Source: Acidobacteriota bacterium
GTDB taxonomy: Bacteria > Acidobacteriota > Vicinamibacteria > Vicinamibacterales > CAVVIG01
Length of the DNA stretch: 64,000 nt
Assembly (NCBI GenBank): GCA_040007095.1
Contig: JBDTVS010000004.1
Coordinates: 16,201-80,200 of the forward strand
Direction: 5' to 3'
The number at the start of each line of letters is the position of its first letter. The stretch's first letter is position 1. The notes under the pieces are model-generated. The model saw only the letters and a list, made by a program, of their open reading frames with translations, was not told the origin of the DNA and did no database searches. Both the position numbers and the translations under genes were made by a program. Positions 35,687 to 43,061 of the stretch are shown here, piece by piece.

Positions 35687-35845
35687 CAGGGCCTGCGGCA
35701 AAATAAGGTGCACATTGTGGCCGCCGATGCATCCCGCCGGGCTGCGTTGCTCGTCGGTCACATGCACCCGCATGCTCCCTCCTCGCGCCTTGCGATCCGG
35801 GCGCCTCGGCGCCCAGCTTGGCACCCTTATTTTCTGTCCGGGCTG
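35687..35845 (+). repeat. Hairpin element family 1, copy C (about 159 bp, most diverged)
   Basis: Shares GATGCATCCCGCCGGGCTGCGTTGCTCGTC, CCTCGCGCCTTGC and GGGCGCCTCG with the other copies. The arms GGCAAAATAAGGTGCACATTGTGG...CCAGCTTGGCACCCTTATTTTCTG are complementary. The inner hairpin is changed to CATGC-ACCC-GCATG. Confidence 0.85.
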
Positions 35846-35938
35846 CTAAGGTCGAGCCGGCCGGCAGCCCGGGCTCGACGTCAAAAAAACACTCGGTAGA
35901 TCCGACCATCGTTGATATCCTCCTGTGGAGTAATTCAT

Positions 35939-37576
35939 ATGGAGAGCGGCTTGGACGACGCTGGACCAGTGGAGTCGGGTCAGCTTTCCGATTCCATCGT
36001 CTCGCTCGCCGACATGTTGGCGAGGGATGTGCACTTCGAGTGGTACGAGGCCCTCGCAACCGCACTGCAGCTGTGCCACGGCATCACCCAGTCGACTGAG
36101 CAGACCGGGCCCGCGACCGTTCAACTGGGCAATGTGTTTGTCGCCCCAGTGGGTGACGTGGTCGCTCTCACGCGCCCGCAGCATCCCGCGACCGCCGTGC
36201 CGCGAGTCGCCGAGCTGCTCAGTGAGATGCTCCCGGATTTTCATCGCCGTACCACGTTCCGTGCGGTGATTGCTCAGGCCACCTCCGATCCACCAGGCTA
36301 CGCATCGCTCGAAGAATTTGCGGAGGCCCTGGCGCCGTTCGAGCGGCCGGATCGGGTCGAGATCGTTCGAGGGGTGTACCAGCGCTGGCGGGTGATCTCG
36401 GCCACGGCTCTGCTCCCTGAATCCGACGCACTCGACATTTTCCTTTCCGAGGGGCCTGGCGTCGATCCGATCTCCCCTGAGCCGATCGTGGCGCCGACCC
36501 TGACGCCGGTCGTGGCGCCGAGTCCGGCGCCGACCCTGACGTCGAGTCTGACGCCGAGTCTGGCGTCGAGTCTGACGCCGAGTCCGGTGTCGAGCCTGAC
36601 ACCGAGTCTGGCGTCGAGTCTAGCGCCGGTCGAGATACCGAGTCTGACGCCCACTCTGGGGCCGAACCTGGCGCCGTACACGCCGTCGTTCACGGCGCCA
36701 GTCAAACCACGGGCACGACAGTCCTTCTGGCTGGGACAGTCCGAGTTCCTGCTGCACGCAGCGGCTTTGGCGGCGGTTGCCGTGGTGATTGCAGGTCTGG
36801 CCATCTGGGCGCTCGGATTGAGGCGTCCGGCCGCGGTGGTCAGCAGTCCTGCGAAGCAAACCGAACCGATTCCCGACAGAATAGAAACGCAGGGCCCTCC
36901 CGCCACGCCCGAGACTTCTCCCGCGGCACGCGCGGGAGCGTCGCCCGCCTCGTCCCGGCGGCCTGCGACGACGACCGCAGAAGCGCCACGCCTGCCGGCG
37001 CCTCCGGCCCCGCGCGAAATCGCGATCCCGGCCCCGCCGGCGTTGTCGGTGAGGGCGTCAACGGCGTCAACCAACAAGCCGATCGTGTCCGAGCAACCAG
37101 TCCAACCACTACGCGCGGCGCCGTCGGCGCCAAGACATTCACCAGAGACGCCGCTCGCCGCCTCGGAGCCGGTTATCGAGACCCCGTCGCGGCCGGCTGT
37201 TGTCGATGGGTCCTCAATCTCGGTTCCGAGTGCGCTCGCGCCATTGACCGTGGCACGGCCGAACCGTTTCGACGTCACGTCGACAACCTTCAGCGAAGCC
37301 GATGTGGACGTCGTACCACCTGTTCCTGATTCCTCGCAGCAACTCTGGCTCATGCCGGCGAGCCCGCGGCGTTCGGATCAGATCAGGATCGAAATCGTCG
37401 TGGACGAACGCGGTTCCGTGCAAGCCGTCAAGGCGAGGGACCGTACCGATAGCCTGAGCGACGCGGCCGCTTTGACGATGAGTCTCAGCGCCGTCAAATC
37501 GTGGCACTTCACCCCGGCACTGAAGGATGGCCGTCCGGTCAAGTTCCGGCTGAACCTGACGCTGACGATACACTGA
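35939..37576 (+). CDS. Membrane protein with C-terminal TonB-like domain and Pro/Ser/Thr-rich linker
   Basis: ATG 35939 sits 8 nt after GGAG. One TM helix (LLHAAALAAVAVVIAGLAIWAL). The C-terminal IRIEIVVDERGSVQAVKA...VKSWHFTPALKDGRPVKFRLNLTLTI resembles TonB_C. The N-terminal 170 aa are unassigned. Confidence 0.75.
   Translation: MESGLDDAGPVESGQLSDSIVSLADMLARDVHFEWYEALATALQLCHGITQSTEQTGPATVQLGNVFVAPVGDVVALTRPQHPATAVPRVAELLSEMLPDFHRRTTFRAVIAQATSDPPGYASLEEFAEALAPFERPDRVEIVRGVYQRWRVISATALLPESDALDIFLSEGPGVDPISPEPIVAPTLTPVVAPSPAPTLTSSLTPSLASSLTPSPVSSLTPSLASSLAPVEIPSLTPTLGPNLAPYTPSFTAPVKPRARQSFWLGQSEFLLHAAALAAVAVVIAGLAIWALGLRRPAAVVSSPAKQTEPIPDRIETQGPPATPETSPAARAGASPASSRRPATTTAEAPRLPAPPAPREIAIPAPPALSVRASTASTNKPIVSEQPVQPLRAAPSAPRHSPETPLAASEPVIETPSRPAVVDGSSISVPSALAPLTVARPNRFDVTSTTFSEADVDVVPPVPDSSQQLWLMPASPRRSDQIRIEIVVDERGSVQAVKARDRTDSLSDAAALTMSLSAVKSWHFTPALKDGRPVKFRLNLTLTIH
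36544..36627 (+). repeat. In-frame 12-bp tandem repeat x7 inside 35939..37576
   Basis: Seven 12-bp units GAG-YC-YRR-YGY-C, five of them GAGTCTG[AG]CG[CT]C. They encode the S-L-[TA]-[PS]-type tetrapeptides in ...SSLTPSLASSLTPSPVSSLTPSLASSLAP.... Confidence 0.9.
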
Positions 37577-37744
37577 CGCGCTCGGTGCAGCGCTCCCCCC
37601 GGCGTCTGGCAACTTCAAAAGGTCAGAGCTTCGCAGGGCGAATTCCCGAAGACAGGGACATTAGGCGAGGTGAAGATCTGGCTGTGGTCAGCCTGCACCA
37701 CAGTTCTGCGAGGTGACACTCGGTGACACCCGGTAACGACGCGG

Positions 37745-38881
37745 CTACACCTTCGGCTTGATCCCTTTGAACATGAATCGCTGCACGCGGCTTCCTCCCT
37801 GCACTTCCACCGTATAGATGTTCCCCTTCGAGTCGGTCGCCAGATGGTGAACGGCGTGGAAGTCGCCTGGCCCTTTTCCTTCCTCGCCGAAATAGCCCAC
37901 CTCCTCGAGGGTCTGCCGGTTGACGATGTGGACGTGCCCGTTGCCCTGATCCGCCGAGTATATGAAGTGCTGCTGCGGGTCGGGCGAGAACGCCAGCCCG
38001 CCGGTCGTTGACGAGCTCTTCGCGGTCCGGGTGACGAATCCCTGCTTGATGTACTTCCCGTCGAGTGTGAACACCTGGATGCGGCTGTTGCCGCGGTCGC
38101 CGACATAGACCAGGGCATCGTTGGAGATCTTGATGGAGTGCACCGTTCCAAACTGCTGCGGACCGGGGCCGTCCATCGTGCGAGTGGGCGCGGGCGTCTC
38201 TTTCATCGGCACGTTGCCGAACGCGCCCCACAGGCGTTTGAACGCGAGCGTATCCGCATCGAGGACAATCACTCGCTGGTTGCCGTATCCGTCGGCGATG
38301 AACATCTCGTTGGTCTTCTGATACACCACCATCTCGGCCGGGCCATTCAGGTTCGCGGTGTCGGTGTTGCCCTTGCTCGAATCGCGATGACCGAATTGCC
38401 GGACGAATTTTCCGTCGGTCGAGAACTGCAGCAGCATGTCATCCGAACGCGGCGTCTCCTTGACCTGCGCGGACGGATTGTTTCCCGCGATCCAGACACG
38501 GTCTTTGTAGTCGACGTAAATCAAGTGCTCGTTGTCGGGCCAGTCGTACGCGACGGACGGCCCGCCCCATGCCCGCAAGAACTTGCCCTGCTTGTCGAAC
38601 TCCAGCACCGGCGGCGCCACATGCTCCCGCTTCTCGAGCGGCAGGGTCCGCGGGCGTTGAATGACCCACACGTTGTCGTGGCTGTCGACGGTGACTGACG
38701 CCGGGTCTCCCATGATCCAGCTGTTCGGGAGCTTCGGCCATTCGGGATCCACCTGAAACGTGGGCACGCCGCCCACGGTCGTTGCGCTGCTGGCCGCCTG
38801 CATCAGCACTGCCCGGCTCACGCCAACACCGACGACCATCGAAACCACCGCGACGCCTGTCAGCTTCATGTTTCTTGTCAT
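37745..38881 (-). CDS. Exported NHL-repeat beta-propeller protein
   Basis: Trimmed to ATG 38881, 8 nt after GGGAG. Has a signal or anchor segment. NHL-like blades: HDNVWVIQRP, MFIADGYGNQRVIVLD, LVYVGDRGNSRIQVFTLDGKY, GNIYTVEVQGGSRVQRF. Confidence 0.8.
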   Translation of the reverse strand: MTRNMKLTGVAVVSMVVGVGVSRAVLMQAASSATTVGGVPTFQVDPEWPKLPNSWIMGDPASVTVDSHDNVWVIQRPRTLPLEKREHVAPPVLEFDKQGKFLRAWGGPSVAYDWPDNEHLIYVDYKDRVWIAGNNPSAQVKETPRSDDMLLQFSTDGKFVRQFGHRDSSKGNTDTANLNGPAEMVVYQKTNEMFIADGYGNQRVIVLDADTLAFKRLWGAFGNVPMKETPAPTRTMDGPGPQQFGTVHSIKISNDALVYVGDRGNSRIQVFTLDGKYIKQGFVTRTAKSSSTTGGLAFSPDPQQHFIYSADQGNGHVHIVNRQTLEEVGYFGEEGKGPGDFHAVHHLATDSKGNIYTVEVQGGSRVQRFMFKGIKPKV

Positions 38882-39114
38882 ATGTTTCACTCCCGTCACT
38901 ACCGAGCACGACCGGCGAGAAGCCATGTGCGGGCCCGCGCCCGCCGGGTCTCCCGCCGATCGGCGCGTCGTATTTTTCGTACCACTGCCTTCCAAGTTCC
39001 CACTTCCGAGTGTTCAGTTCGGGCTGCGTTTGCCGCAGCCCAGCCCGCGAGAACCCTTGAGAACCCGAAGCTTGACCGGACGGGTCGAGTTTCGGGGCTC
39101 GCAAGTGACCTATA

Positions 39115-39148
39115 GCGGGCCGAGGCCCCAGAGGGGCCGGAGGCCCGC
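39115..39148 (-). terminator. Nested GC hairpin at the stop of the TonB-dependent receptor gene
   Basis: GCGGGCC-GA-GGCCCC-AGA-GGGGCC-GGA-GGCCCGC. It lies directly after (and shares one base with) stop codon 39148-39150. No U-tract. Confidence 0.35.
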
Positions 39149-42063
39149 TAGAACTCGATCCGAACCCCGAGCTGACCCTGGCGCGGGACGTAGGCGTTGC
39201 CAGAGGTCGCGACCGGCTGTCCGAAATTAGCCGAGGTGAGCAGGGTCGTGTAGTTGCCGTAGTTCTTCCAGTTGAATACGTTGAACAATTCGGCGAGCAG
39301 CTCGATGCGGACGTTGTTGACGAGCGTCACGCGCTTGGTGATGCGCATATCAACCTTCTCCAGCGGGAGACCCCGCAGCGCGTTGCGCGGCCAGACGGTG
39401 CCGGTGGCGATGACCGCAGGTCCCTCCCACCGATCCAGCATCGCGGCCGGAATCACGATCGGCGCCCCCAGGTTCAGGCGGTTCGCACCCGGTTTGCTGT
39501 ACGGCTTCTGCGACGTGGTGCCGTTGTAGTAGTTGCCCGACCCGTAGAAGTACGAGCCGGCCACGGTCATTTGCCACGGCAGGTTGACGATGCCATTCGC
39601 CCGGAGTGTGTCGCGCTGGAAATCTGACGATCGCGACCAGTCGGCATCCGGGTTGAACTGGTTATCGGCCATGTAGCCGAAGCTGGTCGTGTCATCGTTC
39701 TTCGCGAACGTCCGCGTATAGGTCACGCCGCCCTGGACGTTGTTCTTGAACCGACGGGTGAACGAGCTCGAAAGCAGCACGGTCTCGGTCTCGCCATGGC
39801 TGTTCAGCAACTGGACCGGGCCGTATGCCGGATTGGGCCGTCCGTAGATGGTGGGATCCAGGTTGTAGCCCGTGGCTGGGTTGTAGAAGAGGTTCACGTC
39901 ACGCTGACGCGTCTGATTGTTCTCCTCCAGCGCCGTCAAGTCGACGTCGACGCCCATCGACGATCCCAGCTGCTTCTGGAATCCGATCGAACTCTGCCAG
40001 CTATACGGGTTCTTGAAGTCAGTGGCGAAGGGGTACGCCAGCTGCACCGGCGCCGGCGCGCGCCCCGAGAGAAAGTCCTCCGCCGACACACCTCGGGTGG
40101 GATCCTCCATGAATCCCGGTCCGTTGGGGAGGAAGACGCCCGCGACCGACCGGTTGTAGAACTGCTGGCTGTAGGTCGCGTTCGAGACCGGCGTCGCGTA
40201 ATAGATGCCGCTGCCGCCGCGAATGACCAGGTCGTTCTTTCCGCCGACGTTGTAGGCGAAGCCGAGGCGCGGCTCGACGTTGGTGAGGTCGCGAATGCCC
40301 GTCTTATAACCGAAGTCGCCCGACTCGAGGCCGTTGTTGATCTGGATGACCGTCGGCGTGACCCAGGGCGGGTTGCTCGCTCCCCAGTCCGCGTCATAGC
40401 GGACGCCGAGCGTGATGGAAAGGTTGCTGGCCACCCGCCAGTTGTCGCCGAACCACAGCGCCAGGGTCGGCCGCGGTGTATTGACCAGATAATCCGGGTT
40501 GAAGTTGATATCGAACTCCTGCAGGTAGGGCTCGAGACCGGTGATGTTCCAGGCCGTCGGGTTGTTCCACTCCGCAGGCGGGAAGCGGGCCTCGAGTTCG
40601 GCGGTTGACGGTACCTTGTTGAACACATAGGTACCGCGCCGGTTCAAGTCCCATATCTTCGTGTCTTTGACCCGCAGGTACTCGGCGCCGAATTTGGTCT
40701 CGTGCTTCCCAAGATGCCAGTTCACCTCTGCCCGGCCGCTATAGGTGTCCTGCCACGTGTAATTGGGATAGTTGTAGATCCCGCCGAGGGTCAATCCGGG
40801 AAATTGAAATCTCGGGACGAAGAACGGCGTGTTGTGAAATGGCACGTCATTCGACGCCAGCGAATCGTAGAACCACGCGAACTTGTTGATGCCGCCGGTA
40901 ACCTGCATGGTCATGTTGGTGCCGACCAGATGGTTCCACGTGCCGATCGCGTTATTCGCATTCGACGTGTAGACCTCCGCCGTTGACGGGTGCTGTGTGC
41001 CGCTCGCGATCTGTGACGGGTTCGACACCGACCAGCGCTGCCCGCGGACCGAGAGGTTGTCCGTCGATGAGATTTGATAGTCGACGCGGCCGAGATAGTT
41101 CTTGTTAATCGCCTTCGACGGCATCTGCCAGGTCTGGTTGGGGAGCAGCGTCGGCGCCAGGGCCGCGGTGTCCGGCTGCCGCTCGTACTCATACGCGCCG
41201 AAGAAGTGCATCCTGTTCACGACAATCGGGCCGCCAAGGGTTGCGCCCGCCTGCTGGTTCTGGAACGGCAGCACCGTCCCGGTCACTGGGTCTGGCGCGT
41301 TGAAGTTGTCACTGCGGAAGAACCCATAGGTCGAACCCTTCAGATCGTTGGTGCCCGACCGAGAAATGGCCTGCACCTGCATCCCGGTCGACCGGCCCTG
41401 CGCGATGTCGAACATGTTCGTCACGATTTGGAACTCGGCGATCGCCTCGCGGCTGACTTTGGGCTGCCCGAAGCCCGAACCGGCGACTCGCTGCGTGATC
41501 TGCTGGCCATCGAGATTCAACTGAAACTGACCATCGTTCGCACCGGGCGTGTTGGTGATGTTGTTGGCCGTCACCCCCTTGACCATCAAGGACAGTTCCT
41601 GCCAGTTCCGTCCCTGGAGCGGCAGTTCCGCCATCTGTCGGCGATCGATGTTCCCGGCCACCTGCGACGAGGTGGTATTGACGAGCGGCGCTTGCGAGGT
41701 CACGGTAATCGTCTCCTGCAGCGCCGCCACTTTCAGGGAGATTCGAGGCACCGTCACACTCTGGCCAACCAGCAGTTCGACGTTGGTGATCTCCGTGGTG
41801 GCAAAGCCCGATAGCTCGACCCGGAATTTGTACTGGCCGGGCGGCATATTGGTGAACCGGTAACGGCCGTCCGCCTCGGCAACGGCGAGTGACTGGACGC
41901 CGGTGCTCATCTCGGTGGCGGTCACCGTGGTTCCGGGCAGTACCGCCTGCGATTCATCGACGACGATGCCCTGCACCGTCGCATTCTGCTGGGCGGCAAG
42001 GTGAGGCGGCGGCAGTAGCAGCAGCAGCGCACACGCGATTAAGAAGCGGATGTAACGGGACAT
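39148..42063 (-). CDS. TonB-dependent receptor with N-terminal carboxypeptidase-regulatory-like domain
   Basis: Trimmed to ATG 42063, which follows AAGGAGGA. Signal peptide MSRYIRFLIACALLLLLPPPHLAAQ. CarboxypepD_reg block TVQGIVVDESQAVLPGTTVTATEMSTGVQSLAVAEADGRYRFTNMPPGQYKF. A long beta-barrel ends in ...GQLGVRIEF. Confidence 0.9.
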   Translation of the reverse strand: MSRYIRFLIACALLLLLPPPHLAAQQNATVQGIVVDESQAVLPGTTVTATEMSTGVQSLAVAEADGRYRFTNMPPGQYKFRVELSGFATTEITNVELLVGQSVTVPRISLKVAALQETITVTSQAPLVNTTSSQVAGNIDRRQMAELPLQGRNWQELSLMVKGVTANNITNTPGANDGQFQLNLDGQQITQRVAGSGFGQPKVSREAIAEFQIVTNMFDIAQGRSTGMQVQAISRSGTNDLKGSTYGFFRSDNFNAPDPVTGTVLPFQNQQAGATLGGPIVVNRMHFFGAYEYERQPDTAALAPTLLPNQTWQMPSKAINKNYLGRVDYQISSTDNLSVRGQRWSVSNPSQIASGTQHPSTAEVYTSNANNAIGTWNHLVGTNMTMQVTGGINKFAWFYDSLASNDVPFHNTPFFVPRFQFPGLTLGGIYNYPNYTWQDTYSGRAEVNWHLGKHETKFGAEYLRVKDTKIWDLNRRGTYVFNKVPSTAELEARFPPAEWNNPTAWNITGLEPYLQEFDINFNPDYLVNTPRPTLALWFGDNWRVASNLSITLGVRYDADWGASNPPWVTPTVIQINNGLESGDFGYKTGIRDLTNVEPRLGFAYNVGGKNDLVIRGGSGIYYATPVSNATYSQQFYNRSVAGVFLPNGPGFMEDPTRGVSAEDFLSGRAPAPVQLAYPFATDFKNPYSWQSSIGFQKQLGSSMGVDVDLTALEENNQTRQRDVNLFYNPATGYNLDPTIYGRPNPAYGPVQLLNSHGETETVLLSSSFTRRFKNNVQGGVTYTRTFAKNDDTTSFGYMADNQFNPDADWSRSSDFQRDTLRANGIVNLPWQMTVAGSYFYGSGNYYNGTTSQKPYSKPGANRLNLGAPIVIPAAMLDRWEGPAVIATGTVWPRNALRGLPLEKVDMRITKRVTLVNNVRIELLAELFNVFNWKNYGNYTTLLTSANFGQPVATSGNAYVPRQGQLGVRIEF

Positions 42064-42518
42064 CGGATCCTCCTTCACGAGATGGCAATGACCGAATGAG
42101 TGGTGAGGAAAGCGATCGATCACGGTCCGAACGCCGATGCGGCTCTCTCGATTCTTCAATCGCGCGATCGCGAATCGATCGCTCAGTCTCGAATCGCTTT
42201 CCGATGTCGAACCACGATCTCGATCGACGCAGGCGAACTCGGCGCGTGCAGAAGCGCTGTAGCAAGCGCATTGCCATGGTCGCGGTGCACACGCCTTTCC
42301 GAAGGAAACCGCGCTGTACCAGGAGGGCGAGGCGCATCAAGCCGTTCGCGGCGGGCCGGCGAAATCGACAATGTCGTGGAACCGCGCTCTTCGCTCTCGA
42401 CCAAAATGTCGAGACGCCGCAGGCGGGGCCATGTGAACGCCGAGACGCGTCAGCCGGAACACGCGGAGGGCGCCTCGTCCGCGGCGCGACGTTCAATTCG
42501 TGTCAATTCACGCGGCAG

Positions 42519-42537
42519 ATCAACAGAACCGTTGACG
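42519..42537. promoter_or_regulatory. ATCAACAGAACCGTTGACG (TCAAC-N6-GTTGA palindrome), copy 1
   Basis: First of three near-identical sites in the 1-kb intergenic region between 42063 and 43062. Confidence 0.35.
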
Positions 42538-42637
42538 TATGGTGGGCTCTATTGCTGACCGGTCATTCTCCGTGCCGGTGCGCAATGACTCGCCGGCGGG
42601 CCGCGCGAACATGCTTGGAGTAGTTCTCAGTGGACCG

Positions 42638-42656
42638 ATCAACAGAACTGTTGACG
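42638..42656. promoter_or_regulatory. ATCAACAGAACTGTTGACG, copy 2
   Basis: Preceded by GCGCGAACATGCTTGG, which recurs before copy 3 as GCGCGAACATTCTTGG. Confidence 0.35.
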
Positions 42657-42869
42657 GACGAGCGCGCGGCGGCTGCGATCTCAGTAACACCCGCGGGAGC
42701 GCGGCGGGCAGCAGGTGGCTGTCGATTCTTCTTGAGTCCCTATCTGTATGGCTCTGACCTGTAACTCCGCTATGCCAACGTTCACGCGTTCGCATTCCCG
42801 TAATTCGATCGCGTGAATGCTCGTCGCAGAAATGCGCGCGAACATTCTTGGCGCAGGTTCGAGCGGCAA

Positions 42870-42888
42870 ATCAACACAACTGTTGACG
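42870..42888. promoter_or_regulatory. ATCAACACAACTGTTGACG, copy 3
   Basis: Lies 174 bp upstream of ATG 43062. Followed by AGCGCGGCGGC, as is copy 2. Confidence 0.35.
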
Positions 42889-43061
42889 CGTGCATGTGCG
42901 AGCGCCGTGAGCGCGGCGGCGTGCAGGTCGCGACATCGCGCAAGTGCGCTCCATTCATGCAGTTACTCATCGCGGCTGCGGTGCCGCACCGATCAGGGAC
43001 ATGCTGGCCGGCGATTTGCTTTGCACCACTGCGCAGCCGAAAACCGAGAGGTGGAGATCGC

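Noticed and set aside
34581-35845. Integron-cassette (attC) interpretation of the two elements flanking the CMD gene
   Set aside because: No intI integrase or attI lies in the window. The element ends do not fit the R'' RYYYAAC / R' GTTRRRY boxes (closest is GTTAGGA). In attC sites the ends, not the centre, are the conserved part. The other two copies are not in a cassette array.
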